Shown in pieces: positions 28,945 through 38,501 of a DNA stretch of 64,000 bases (within the stretch, counting starts at the first letter, position 1; each line of letters opens with the position of its first letter). This stretch comes from Candidatus Magasanikiibacteriota bacterium (GTDB taxonomy: Bacteria; Patescibacteriota; Patescibacteriia; Magasanikbacterales; GWA2-37-8), in the NCBI GenBank assembly GCA_030650025.1, contig JAUSEN010000009.1:29144-93143 (forward strand), read 5' to 3'. The notes under the pieces were generated by a model. It did not search any database. It was not told the origin of the DNA and was given only the letters and a program-made list of their open reading frames with translations. Position numbers and translations under genes: made by a program.

Positions 28945-30021
28945 ATGAAATTCAAAAATTTATCAATTGGATTATTTTTTTCCGTTGTTTCGGCCGCGCT
29001 TATTTGTCTGATTTTTTATTTTTTCTCTAGCTCAGAGGCAACGCCAAACCAAGCTGGCACCCCAAGCCCTAACCAAAATAATTCGGTAACCAGTTATAGC
29101 GATGCGGCGTTTGGAATCTCTTTTTCCTATCCGTCCGCGGTGTTTAATTTAATACCAGCGAACAGCACTATTTGGCTGGAATCGCCTTATTATGTCCTAG
29201 AAAATTTTAAAGGCACGCCCGATGGCGAATTTAAACATGGCTTTACTATGCGGTTTGACTGGAAAGAGGAGCCGCTCGCCGCGTTGCTCCAAAAGGCTAA
29301 CGCCGAGGGCGCCAGCGCTATCACCACTTCCCGCGCCTTGTCTGGGTTTATGTTCGAACAGGGTATTGAGGGCATTAATATACGCACTTATTTCTTTCCA
29401 AAAAATGACCAAGAAACATTGGTAGTAGAAGTCAGCTATTTTACGGATTTTTTGAAGAGTAACGTGCGGCCTACCGCGTTTTCCGAAGCCGCTGTTATGT
29501 CTGCTATAGATACTGTGCTTAATTCGTTAGAATTTTTTAATTCTAAGAACGCCGCTAAAGTCCCGGCTGATTGGCCCACCTACCAGAATCGGGCTTTTCA
29601 CTACACCATTCAGTACCCGCCCGAGTTTTCTGCCTTGGAAGGAATCGATCCGGTAACGCAAAGCGGTATTCCGGCCGAGACTTCAAGCGCTTACGTCATA
29701 ATTAGCGACATGCCAAAAGTTGGCGAGATCCCGGGCCGCGAATATGCTGGCGTTCGGATTACAGTTTACTTTAATACCAATTTAGAATCTTGGCTTAAAA
29801 CTGATTTAGATAATTTTTCTGATTCCGCCGAGATAATTTCTAATCGTTCCACTACTTTTTCCGGCGCGCCGGCGCGCGAGGTGATCGGCTCGGGGAATTT
29901 AAGCTCGGTCTACCGGTTACTCGCAATCCCGCGCGAGCCGCATTTATTAATTATTTCGCAGGATTTAGAAACCCCGGAATTAAATCAAGTTCTTGAGTCC
30001 TTTGTTTTTCTAAATAGTTAA
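28945..30021 (+). CDS. hypothetical N-terminally anchored exported protein
   Basis: 358 aa with N-terminal TM FFSVVSAALICLIFYFF and a low-complexity linker. Confidence 0.4.
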   Translation: MKFKNLSIGLFFSVVSAALICLIFYFFSSSEATPNQAGTPSPNQNNSVTSYSDAAFGISFSYPSAVFNLIPANSTIWLESPYYVLENFKGTPDGEFKHGFTMRFDWKEEPLAALLQKANAEGASAITTSRALSGFMFEQGIEGINIRTYFFPKNDQETLVVEVSYFTDFLKSNVRPTAFSEAAVMSAIDTVLNSLEFFNSKNAAKVPADWPTYQNRAFHYTIQYPPEFSALEGIDPVTQSGIPAETSSAYVIISDMPKVGEIPGREYAGVRITVYFNTNLESWLKTDLDNFSDSAEIISNRSTTFSGAPAREVIGSGNLSSVYRLLAIPREPHLLIISQDLETPELNQVLESFVFLNS

Positions 30022-30310
30022 AGGAAATATTTTTGTAACCACTGATTCTGATTCACAGGAGGAGCGCCGCCAAAAAGGATTTGCTCGACTTTACATTGAC
30101 CACCACATCGCTCATGACGCCGCGTCTCATTATCCCGATCTTGAACGCGCCGTCTCTAAGTACGCCGCTGATCCTGAAAGTTTGGCAAAAATAGTGAGAG
30201 GCATGGAAATCATCAGCGCGGCAAAGCAGAAGTTCTATCAAAGTTTGGAGCCAATACAAGGCCAAAAATAAGCGGAGTATTTTTTCCAGTTAATTAATAA
30301 ATTCCTCACT

Positions 30311-30898
30311 ATGCTATATACAGCCAAAAATTACGACGCTCTCCTCGGCACGCCCGGGTTTAGCGACCAATTATTAAAAAATCATTTTACATTATATCAA
30401 GGGTACGTTACCAACGTAAATAAATTGTCCGAAATTTTAACGGCGATGTTAAACGATGGCCGTAGCAACACGCCGGAATTTGCCGAAACCAAACGCCGGT
30501 TTGGCTGGGAGTTTAACGGTATGCGCCTGCACGAACTGTACTTTGGCAATATGTCCAAAAACGGTTCAGAGCCAATAGCCAGTGGTTCAAAGTTGTACGA
30601 AAAAATAATCGCGGATTTTGGCTCCTTTGAGTCGTGGGAAAAAGATTTTAAAGCCGTGGGAATGATGCGCGGCATTGGCTGGGCGATTTTGTATCATGAT
30701 AAAGAAGCCGACCGCCTTTTTAACGTTTGGATTAATGAGCACGACGTGGGTCACTTTGCCGGTTGCGTTCCGCTTCTCGTTTTAGATGTTTTTGAACATG
30801 CCTTTATGCTGGACTATGGCACCAAACGGGCGGATTATATTACGGCGTTTATGAAGGCGATTGATTGGGGGGTTTCCGAGGGTAGATTGACAGCCTAG
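30311..30898 (+). CDS. sod: Fe/Mn-family superoxide dismutase
   Basis: Collinear with SodA/SodB: HFTLYQGYVTNVNKL (SodB HHQTYVTNLNNL) and LDVFEHAFMLDY (SodB VDVWEHAYYIDY), with His, Asp and His ligands retained. Confidence 0.8.
   Translation: MLYTAKNYDALLGTPGFSDQLLKNHFTLYQGYVTNVNKLSEILTAMLNDGRSNTPEFAETKRRFGWEFNGMRLHELYFGNMSKNGSEPIASGSKLYEKIIADFGSFESWEKDFKAVGMMRGIGWAILYHDKEADRLFNVWINEHDVGHFAGCVPLLVLDVFEHAFMLDYGTKRADYITAFMKAIDWGVSEGRLTA
30816..30898 (+). repeat. DR1: native sod 3' end. The last 27 codons are repeated twice downstream.
   Basis: atgctggactatggcaccaaacgggcggattatattacggcgtttatgaaggcgattgattggggggtttccgagggtagattgacagcctag. Confidence 0.8.
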
Positions 30899-30921
30899 CC
30901 AAGAATTGGTAGCATTGGTGT

Positions 30922-31209
30922 ATGACAAAAGCACTGCAGAATTTAAAAAAGCAAATTACCCCCACCTTGCGAAAATATTCGGTGGGACGGTCTTTTATTT
31001 TTGGCTCTACGGCTCGAGGCACGGCCAAAAAAACCAGCGATGTTGATCTAGTTGTTGATCTTCCAAAAAATGCCACTTTGCTGACTCTTATCTCTCTTCA
31101 GCAGGAGTTAGAAGATCGCCTCGGCCGTTCTTTCGACGTCACCACCTCTGCCGCGCTTTCACCGCGCCTGAAAAAAAATATCGCGCGTGATGCTGTTCGC
31201 GTGTTATGA
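30922..31209 (+). CDS. MNT-type nucleotidyltransferase (HepT-MNT antitoxin component)
   Basis: Minimal nucleotidyltransferase fold motifs GSTARG and DVDLVVDL. Length is 95 aa. Confidence 0.75.
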   Translation: MTKALQNLKKQITPTLRKYSVGRSFIFGSTARGTAKKTSDVDLVVDLPKNATLLTLISLQQELEDRLGRSFDVTTSAALSPRLKKNIARDAVRVL

Positions 31210-31538
31210 AAGATCAACAGGAATATATTGATCATATTTTAGCCAGCATCGCCGCGATAAAGACGTATGTGGAGCCGCACACTAAGCAATCATTTTTTAG
31301 AGATGCGCAAGCCCAAGACGCGGTAATCCGGCGGCTCGAAATTATTGGCGAAGCCGCCCGCCACTTGTCTGACGCGCTCACCAGCCGAACTTCGCATATA
31401 GAATGGCGAGCGGTAAAAGCAATGCGCAATTTTTTGATTCACGAATATTTTAATGTCGATCTGAATTTAGTTTGGAATGTGGCGCAAAAAGATTTGCCGG
31501 TGATGAAGAAAGTATTAAGTGAATTAAAAGGTATCTAA
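31206..31538 (+). CDS. HepT/DUF86 HEPN-domain toxin
   Basis: R-x4-HxY motif (RNFLIHEY) in the C-terminal helix. Overlaps the MNT gene by 4 nt (ATGA). Confidence 0.75.
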   Translation: MKDQQEYIDHILASIAAIKTYVEPHTKQSFFRDAQAQDAVIRRLEIIGEAARHLSDALTSRTSHIEWRAVKAMRNFLIHEYFNVDLNLVWNVAQKDLPVMKKVLSELKGI

Positions 31539-31542
31539 TTTT

Positions 31543-31632
31543 ATGCTTGACTATGGCACCAAGCGGGCCGATTATATTGAGGCGTTTATGAAAGCGATTG
31601 ATTGGGGGGTGGTAGAAAGTCGGTTAGAGTAA
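31543..31632 (+). repeat. DR2: diverged copy of the sod 3' end (about 85% identity).
   Basis: atgcttgactatggcaccaagcgggccgattatattgaggcgtttatgaaagcgattgattggggggtggtagaaagtcggttagagtaa, which translates to MLDYGTKRADYIEAFMKAIDWGV... Confidence 0.8.
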
Positions 31633-31640
31633 AAATTATT

Positions 31641-32342
31641 ATGGTAGAGACAAAAGATCCCGGGAGAAATGACGCATATTGGCCTCCAGGCCAACCAATC
31701 GAATACCCGTCCCAGCCAGCCACCGAGCCGGGGGAATTAAATATTGGATTGCCAAATACTACCGAGGACATTAGAAAATTGAAAAGTATTAATGGTATTC
31801 CCATTGATCAACTCGAACTTCGCATGCGGCCGTATGATCAAACCAAAGATTTTTTTACTCCGGTTGATCCCGCGCCTATTCCCGGAGCGGAGGAACATTT
31901 GCCTCGTTTCAGTCGGTCGCAGTATGGATTTTTAGGCGAGAAAGAGTCATTAATTGAAGTCTTAGCTGATGATAACGATGAAATCGGGGCTTATGGTATG
32001 ACTCACCAAAAAGTCGGGCGTTTATTATTTGATTTAATGGAGGCCGCAGGACATGGCACCACAGAATTTGCATGTCTTGGTAATAAAATTGTCCATGTTG
32101 CCGCGGGGTTTCCTAATGGTGTTCAGGATTCGCCTTTTGGCGATGGGGTAATGGTAAATGCTGGCGCTTTAAAATTTACTAATCAAACTACCGGGCGGAC
32201 TCTCTCCTTTGATCGTTTACTGCCGCATCTTATTTATCGCTATGGTTTTTATGAAGGGCACAGCACGCAGTACCGGCTTGAACCGAAAACGATTATGGAT
32301 TTTTTTGGAATAAAGAAAAAGGGAAAAGAGCCAAACAGTTGA
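31641..32342 (+). CDS. hypothetical protein (cassette 2)
   Basis: 233 aa from the internal ATG (MVETKDPG...). The first 13 codons of the tool ORF lie within the sod-tail repeat. Confidence 0.4.
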   Translation: MVETKDPGRNDAYWPPGQPIEYPSQPATEPGELNIGLPNTTEDIRKLKSINGIPIDQLELRMRPYDQTKDFFTPVDPAPIPGAEEHLPRFSRSQYGFLGEKESLIEVLADDNDEIGAYGMTHQKVGRLLFDLMEAAGHGTTEFACLGNKIVHVAAGFPNGVQDSPFGDGVMVNAGALKFTNQTTGRTLSFDRLLPHLIYRYGFYEGHSTQYRLEPKTIMDFFGIKKKGKEPNS

Positions 32343-32392
32343 TGGCGCTTTTTAAGGCGATTGATTGGGTGGTTTCCGAGGGAAGATTTTAA
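32341..32392 (+). repeat. DR3: third, partial copy of the sod 3' end.
   Basis: gatggcgctttttaaggcgattgattgggtggtttccgagggaagattttaa. Confidence 0.75.
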
Positions 32393-32437
32393 AATTTTCT
32401 ATGGTAGATGGGGAACGGGTATAAGTTTTAGTTTTTT

Positions 32438-32992
32438 ATGCGTCGGCCAAGTTCTAAAGAATTACTATTAGCCAGCACGTTGGCGGCGGCAGTTGGAGCC
32501 GACCACTATGGCCGCGGCCGGGCGGACAGTCCGCCGATAGCGGCATCAGCGCCATCTGCCAGCGAACCGGCGCCTAAACCGCCGGAGGTTTGTGGCGTGC
32601 CAGCGCCGTCTGCCGAGCCAGATTCCGAGCCGCGGCTGGCGTCAGTGTTGCCGCCGCCTTCGTTTGAGCGGCCAAAAAATCCCTCAGAAATACTTATGGA
32701 AAAAATACGATTGCTTAAACAATTAGTAAGCTGGGCGGTGCCGATTGATGATGTCCAGTCCCCGGGCGCGGCTAAGCCGAGCATTACCCAGCGGCAAGCG
32801 GCCGACCAAGAAATTTTAACGCTAACCAGGGACGCTCTGGAATTTACTTCGGCTAATAAACTTACAACGGACGATTGGATAGTGGCCGAATGGCGCGGCG
32901 TGGCGATAAACGCACACCTTAACCAGTTTCACCTCACGGGCGCCGAAATAGAAGCCGCTTTGCGGCGTTGGGATAGGAGAAATAAAAAATAA
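32438..32992 (+). CDS. hypothetical protein with Pro/Ala/Ser-rich N-terminal half
   Basis: 184 aa with a low-complexity GC-rich first 90 codons and a structured C-terminal half. Confidence 0.35.
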   Translation: MRRPSSKELLLASTLAAAVGADHYGRGRADSPPIAASAPSASEPAPKPPEVCGVPAPSAEPDSEPRLASVLPPPSFERPKNPSEILMEKIRLLKQLVSWAVPIDDVQSPGAAKPSITQRQAADQEILTLTRDALEFTSANKLTTDDWIVAEWRGVAINAHLNQFHLTGAEIEAALRRWDRRNKK

Positions 32993-32994
32993 TT

Positions 32995-34698
32995 ATGAAT
33001 AAGACCACCTGGCTCGTTCTCGGCGCTGTCGCCGCGGTTGTGATTATCGGTTTGGCTAGTTATTCAATTGGTTTGCAAGTGGCCAAAACAAGGATTTCCG
33101 CTGTCGCAGGTCCGGTCAAACTTGCGCCAGTTGTTACGAATACCCCAATGGATACGGCAATCACCGCGGTTACTACGCCCCCGCCCGAACCAACACCCAA
33201 AGAAAAGTATCCGCCATTTTCCGCGACCGAAATAATCAGTGGCGGTAAAATTGTCTGGCACGAACCACGTCCGATTGATTCCCTCAAGTTATTTGCTGTG
33301 GCGCAACCCGTTGACGGTTACTATGGATCAATCGAAAGCTCCGTTACCTATTATGAGGTTGGCGACATTACATATCAGGGCCAGTCGGGGAAGTTGGCTT
33401 TTATACTGGCCTATGCGGATGGTCTCGGACCGGCCGGGTATTATTTGGTGGCCAAGTATTCCACCGGCAAAGTTTTGCTAAAAAATTATTCGGATGAATT
33501 AGCGGAAGCCGCCGGGGAAATTGGGCCCGAAGGCCTCATCCGATCAGCCGTAACTCTGGACTCGGCCCTGGTAATTCCGTCTTTGACGTTTCCGGAAAAA
33601 ATTTACGGCCCCCAACCGCGGCAGACGCTGACATTTGTTCAACGCTATCACTGGCAGTGGATTCCCAATGATTTGATTAAATTATTTGACGATAAACAAG
33701 TGGGTACGGTATATACGGCTACGTCCACTAATGGCTTTTATCTCAAATCAGCCGGCCCGCTCGGCGGCGTTTACCGATTTAAGGCTGATTTTTTTGATGC
33801 CGACGAGTTAGTGCCGCAAATTATTTTTAATGATGGTACGAAAAATAAAAGCGAGTATGTTTATACGAATTTAAGCGGTTGCGGCAGTAGAGATTATGCC
33901 GCGGTCGTATCCACCGAAATTAATCGCGCTATTGATTTGCGATCGGTAGGTAAAAATGTTCACGGCGATGTCATTTATGAACTTAGGGATAATAATAGTC
34001 TGCGCTTAAAAGAACTTTATGAGCACGCTTATGTTCCGGATGGCCAGCTATCGTATGAACAATTTTTACAAATGCGTCCGCTTTTGTATTGGGTTGACCC
34101 TTTCGATCGGTTGATTGAATTAAAGAGCAGTAAATTACAGCCGGCCGCCGAATGCGGCAAGCCTGTCATTTATTTGTATCCAACAAAAACGACTCCAGTG
34201 TCGGTTAAGCTCGCGCCGCAGGGCGGCTTTACTTACAGTGAACCAGCCTATCAGGGTGGCTGGAGTGTCATCGCTGAACCAAATGGGCGGCTTACCGAAG
34301 TAAAATCCGGCCAACACTATCCCTATCTATTTTGGGAAGGCCGCGGCGGCCTTTACCAGACGCCGGATAAAGGCTGGGTGGTGCGACAGGCCGAAGTAGC
34401 TAATTTTTTAAGCGCCAAATTATCAGCTTTGGGATTAAATAGCGCCGAAATCGCCGACTTTAAAGATTTTTGGCTGCCGCGGATGCAGACTAAACCATAT
34501 TACTTTATCACCTTTATGGGCAACCGCACCATGGATCTGCTCGCGCCGCTCACGATAACGCCGCCGCCAGAAACCGTTATCCGCGTACTAATGGACTTTA
34601 CTCCGCTTGATGAGCCAAGAGCCGCAGCTGGCTTCAAAATTCGCACGCCCGAGCGCAAGGGTTTTACGGTAGTGGAATGGGGCGGAGTGTTGCGATAG
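32995..34698 (+). CDS. hypothetical N-terminally anchored large protein
   Basis: 567 aa with N-terminal TM WLVLGAVAAVVIIGLASY and a Thr/Pro linker. No known motif. Confidence 0.4.
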   Translation: MNKTTWLVLGAVAAVVIIGLASYSIGLQVAKTRISAVAGPVKLAPVVTNTPMDTAITAVTTPPPEPTPKEKYPPFSATEIISGGKIVWHEPRPIDSLKLFAVAQPVDGYYGSIESSVTYYEVGDITYQGQSGKLAFILAYADGLGPAGYYLVAKYSTGKVLLKNYSDELAEAAGEIGPEGLIRSAVTLDSALVIPSLTFPEKIYGPQPRQTLTFVQRYHWQWIPNDLIKLFDDKQVGTVYTATSTNGFYLKSAGPLGGVYRFKADFFDADELVPQIIFNDGTKNKSEYVYTNLSGCGSRDYAAVVSTEINRAIDLRSVGKNVHGDVIYELRDNNSLRLKELYEHAYVPDGQLSYEQFLQMRPLLYWVDPFDRLIELKSSKLQPAAECGKPVIYLYPTKTTPVSVKLAPQGGFTYSEPAYQGGWSVIAEPNGRLTEVKSGQHYPYLFWEGRGGLYQTPDKGWVVRQAEVANFLSAKLSALGLNSAEIADFKDFWLPRMQTKPYYFITFMGNRTMDLLAPLTITPPPETVIRVLMDFTPLDEPRAAAGFKIRTPERKGFTVVEWGGVLR

Positions 34699-34717
34699 CC
34701 GATAGAATTATCCCTCT

Positions 34718-36538
34718 ATGCCAGGGCGCAGGATTATTATTTTTTTTCTCGGCCTCGCCGTTTTAGTCGGTGCGAGTTCGTTTTGGTATGGCGCCAATAC
34801 CGCGCGCTTGACCGCGGCCCTGGCGGACAGTAGCCCGGAATTTTTAGCGTTACCCACGCACCGCGCCACCAGTCTCGACCGAAGTATGTTTGAGGCTTTT
34901 GGCGCGAGCGCCGGAGAAACTGTGGTGGAGCCGGAATTGGTCCGGAGCGGAGTTATTCCGCACCATTTAATTGCCGGAAAATATATTGCGGATTTTTTTA
35001 ATAAATTAAAAATCCAAAATCCGTCCGTGGTGGCGCTGATTGGGCCTAATCATTCCAACAGCGGTGGCAATAAATTGGCAACCAGCCAGTACGCCTGGCG
35101 CACACCCTACGGCGAGCTGGCGCCGGCCGCTGATATTATCGCCAGTCTGGCGGCGAGTAAATTGGTTGTGGTTGATGAAAAAGTTATTGCTACCGAACAT
35201 AGTATCGGCGCGCTCGTGCCTTTTATCAAGCGCGCCTGGCCTAAGGCCGCGTTCCTGCCGATAATTGTTAAGAGTACGGCGTCGACCTCAACCATCAAAG
35301 AATTAGCGGTCGCGCTCAATAATATTCTCCCTAAAAACAGTCTGGTGTTGGCGAGCGTTGATTTTTCCCACTATCTTCCCCAAACAGCCGCCAATTTTCA
35401 TGACGCGCTAGCGCTCAATGTTTTGGAAACCGGGGACGCGGAGCGCGTCAATAAGATGGAAATAGACAGCCCGCCCAGCCTTTATTTTTTATTACAATAT
35501 AATAAGCTAATTGGCGCGGAAAATTTTCGGTCGGTGTTCCATACCAACAGCGCCGCTATTGTCGGCCGCCCCGATCTGGCCGAGACCACCAGCCATATTG
35601 GCGGTTACTTTGTTTCGGGCGCTCCATCGGCCGATCACGTAGTTACTCTGCAATTTTTTGGCGACATTATGCTTGATCGCAATGTGGCCAAAGCCATGGG
35701 CAAAGAAGGCTTGGATTATATATTCGCGCCCTGGCAAGCCTCGGAATACAGATTCCTCCAGGGTATGGATGTTTTATTGGCCAACCTCGAAGGCCCGTTT
35801 GCTGTTAAGCGCGTTCCCACTAGCAAATCAATCGCTTTCCGGTTCGATCCAGTGTTTGCCAGTGAATTAAAAAAATATAATTTTTCAGCTTTTAGTTTGG
35901 CCAATAATCACAGCTATGACATGGGCAGGAAAAATGTTGAGTTCACTCGTCAAACTTTGGACGCGTCGGGGTTGGGATATTTTGGCGATGAGTTAAAAGA
36001 GGGCGTGGAGCTAACGTGGTTAGCGACTTCCACCCCCGAACCGGTCGCTTTCATCGGCCTGCACAACACCTATCACGAACCAGATTTAAAAAAAGTAGAG
36101 GAGGTTCTAAGCGTTGCCAAACAAACCGCCAAATATGTTATTGTTAACATTCATTGGGGCGAAGAATATAAACAAATTTCCAATCAAAAACAGCGTAAAC
36201 TCGCCCATTGGCTTGTTGACCACGGCGCCACGGTTATAGTCGGACACCACCCGCACGTCGTTCAGGAAATGGAGTTGTATAAAGATAAGCCAATTTTCTA
36301 TTCGCTCGGCAATTTTATTTTTGATCAATATTTTTCCGCGCCCACGCAAGAAGGCCTTTCGGTGGGGTTGACTTTAGAGGGCGGGGGAGTAAAATCCATT
36401 TATCTCTTCCCGTTCTATAGCGTCAAGTCGCAGGTGTTTATGATGGAAGGGGAGCGGCGGAAGAAGTTTTTAGAGTGGTTTGGAGAAAGCAGCCAGATTG
36501 ATGGTAAGAAAATTGAAGCTGGTAGAATTGAATTATGA
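34718..36538 (+). CDS. fusion protein: Memo/AmmeMemoRadiSam-B-like N-domain plus CapA/PgsA metallophosphatase-like C-domain.
   Basis: N-half has GVIPHHLIAGKY, GPNHS and SVDFSHY (Memo-like). C-half has LANNHSYDMG, GHHPHVVQ and YSLGNFIFDQ (PGA_cap/CapA). Confidence 0.55.
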   Translation: MPGRRIIIFFLGLAVLVGASSFWYGANTARLTAALADSSPEFLALPTHRATSLDRSMFEAFGASAGETVVEPELVRSGVIPHHLIAGKYIADFFNKLKIQNPSVVALIGPNHSNSGGNKLATSQYAWRTPYGELAPAADIIASLAASKLVVVDEKVIATEHSIGALVPFIKRAWPKAAFLPIIVKSTASTSTIKELAVALNNILPKNSLVLASVDFSHYLPQTAANFHDALALNVLETGDAERVNKMEIDSPPSLYFLLQYNKLIGAENFRSVFHTNSAAIVGRPDLAETTSHIGGYFVSGAPSADHVVTLQFFGDIMLDRNVAKAMGKEGLDYIFAPWQASEYRFLQGMDVLLANLEGPFAVKRVPTSKSIAFRFDPVFASELKKYNFSAFSLANNHSYDMGRKNVEFTRQTLDASGLGYFGDELKEGVELTWLATSTPEPVAFIGLHNTYHEPDLKKVEEVLSVAKQTAKYVIVNIHWGEEYKQISNQKQRKLAHWLVDHGATVIVGHHPHVVQEMELYKDKPIFYSLGNFIFDQYFSAPTQEGLSVGLTLEGGGVKSIYLFPFYSVKSQVFMMEGERRKKFLEWFGESSQIDGKKIEAGRIEL

Positions 36539-36562
36539 CTCGCATCCTCGCAAGGCCGCTCT

Positions 36563-36591
36563 TGACACTATATTCCAGTTATGATACAATA
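36563..36591 (+). promoter_or_regulatory. Sigma70-like promoter TTGACA-17-TACAAT for abiEi-abiEii.
   Basis: cttgacactatattccagttatgatacaat. Confidence 0.55.
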
Positions 36592-36602
36592 TCGTCATAA
36601 AT

Positions 36603-37217
36603 ATGGATTATAGAGTAATACTTATAAATCAGCTAAAATTATTGCCTTATTTTAGCAAAAAAGACATCCTGGCGCTAAGCCGCCAGTTTGGCATAAAGGC
36701 CGAAACAGTCGCCACTTACGTCAGCCGTTCTTTAGCGCGCAAGGACATTATTTCCCTTAGAAATGGTATGTATGTGACTACTGATTTTTATAACCGGCAC
36801 GCTGGGGATATTTCGTACACTTTTTATCTGGCCAATGTACTTCGTTCGCCATCGTATGTTAGCTCATGGTCAGCTTTGCAGTATTATAATTTAGCCACCG
36901 AAGCCATCGGTACGGTTACCTCGGTTACGACAAAGCATACCAGCGCGCACAATAATAAGGCCGGCAGTTTTGCGTATCAGTCGATTAAAAAGGATTTGTT
37001 TTCGAGCTTTACCGCGGTAAATGGCAAGTTTAATTTTTTTATTGCGAGCCCCGCTAAAGCACTTTTTGATCTAGTGTATCTTAAGACGAATCATTTTCGC
37101 TGGATTAATTTTAAGACGGTGGTTGGTCTGGTAGAAGATCTACGGGTTGATATTGATGAAATGGAAATTAAAGAGCGAGATAGTTTTTATGCGTTAGTTA
37201 AAAAGTATTTAAAATAG
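36603..37217 (+). CDS. AbiEi-family antitoxin / transcriptional regulator
   Basis: 204 aa immediately upstream of the NTase toxin with a 3-nt gap, as in the AbiE type IV TA architecture. Confidence 0.6.
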   Translation: MDYRVILINQLKLLPYFSKKDILALSRQFGIKAETVATYVSRSLARKDIISLRNGMYVTTDFYNRHAGDISYTFYLANVLRSPSYVSSWSALQYYNLATEAIGTVTSVTTKHTSAHNNKAGSFAYQSIKKDLFSSFTAVNGKFNFFIASPAKALFDLVYLKTNHFRWINFKTVVGLVEDLRVDIDEMEIKERDSFYALVKKYLK

Positions 37218-37219
37218 TT

Positions 37220-38500
37220 ATGGCTAACCAGCTGACCGCTATTCTTAAAAGTAAACTTGATGGTTTGTCCGCCTATGGTCCGGTGGATGCCGAAGTTAAA
37301 CGCAATGTTCTTAAAGAAGAATTACAGTTTTATGTTTTAAATTTTATTTTCCATCATCCCGTGTATGGCCAGTGGATTATGTATGGCGGGTCGGCCCTGC
37401 GAATTTGCCACAAGCTCAACCGGATGTCGGTGGATTTGGATTTTGAGATACCGCATTCGTGCGACGATAATTTTTTACGCACTTTAGCCAGCGATATTCA
37501 GAATCATTTTGTTAGCACTTACGCGGCCGGGGCGGAGTTTTTAGGCGGGTTAAAAATAACATCCGGGCGCGGTGTTACTTTAAAGTTTGTTTTGGACGGA
37601 GAATTAGACACCGGACACCACTCCAAGCAGTTGCATATTAAAATTGACCTTAATCATTTTGTTCCGCAAAAGTTAGTGATTGAAAGAATCCCCATCAACC
37701 ATGATCAGCTTTCGTTTGTCATCACTACGTATAATATGTCGGCCTTGATGGCCAGCAAAATTGCGGCAATTTTTTCGCGCAAAAAGCGCGGCGTAAATCA
37801 GGAAATATACGATGAAAAAGGCCGCGATATTTATGATTTATTGTGGTACATGGACAAAAAAATCATTCCTGATTTGGATTATTTAAAAGAGAAGGTTCCG
37901 GAAATCGCCGATTTTAAAGTATTATTTAACAAGCTCACTGTTAAAATGAATACCGTGAGCGATAAGAATTTGCGCGCTGATTTAACGCCGCTGTTTGTGG
38001 AGCAGTCATTTATCCAGAACTGGCTTAATAATTGGCGCAATAATTTTTTACGACTGGTTGAGTCTTATGATATTAGAACGGTTGTTAAATTAAAAAATAT
38101 AACAATCGGGAAGGAATTTAGGACAGATATTTTTTTCTTTCATTTCAGCTATGCGGCAAAAGAAGGACGTTTAGTTACATTCACCTATTCTTTAAGTGAT
38201 CATTGGCTAAAATTTCGAGAAGGGAATCTGTCTGAGCTAGATGTAATAGATATAAATAAAATAATTTCGTTGGTAGAGCTGATGCCAGGTCTGAAATTAG
38301 ATGACGGTCTTAAACAGTATATTTTTTTATTCTATAAAAAAATCGAAGAATATCTTAAAAAATCAAACCATGTGATTCTGGGTGATGGAATTAAAACGAA
38401 AACTATTCGTATGACTGCCGATAATCTAAATCAGGCAGAACAAATTGTACTTAATAAGTCGGCCTTACTTTCGTGTGAGTTAGAAGATTTATTAAAATAA
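37220..38500 (+). CDS. AbiEii/AbiGii-family nucleotidyltransferase toxin (DUF1814) with extended C-terminus
   Basis: Has the GGSAL...R.S.DLDFE NTase core. At 426 aa it is about 130 aa longer than typical. Confidence 0.65.
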   Translation: MANQLTAILKSKLDGLSAYGPVDAEVKRNVLKEELQFYVLNFIFHHPVYGQWIMYGGSALRICHKLNRMSVDLDFEIPHSCDDNFLRTLASDIQNHFVSTYAAGAEFLGGLKITSGRGVTLKFVLDGELDTGHHSKQLHIKIDLNHFVPQKLVIERIPINHDQLSFVITTYNMSALMASKIAAIFSRKKRGVNQEIYDEKGRDIYDLLWYMDKKIIPDLDYLKEKVPEIADFKVLFNKLTVKMNTVSDKNLRADLTPLFVEQSFIQNWLNNWRNNFLRLVESYDIRTVVKLKNITIGKEFRTDIFFFHFSYAAKEGRLVTFTYSLSDHWLKFREGNLSELDVIDINKIISLVELMPGLKLDDGLKQYIFLFYKKIEEYLKKSNHVILGDGIKTKTIRMTADNLNQAEQIVLNKSALLSCELEDLLK

Positions 38501-38501
38501 G

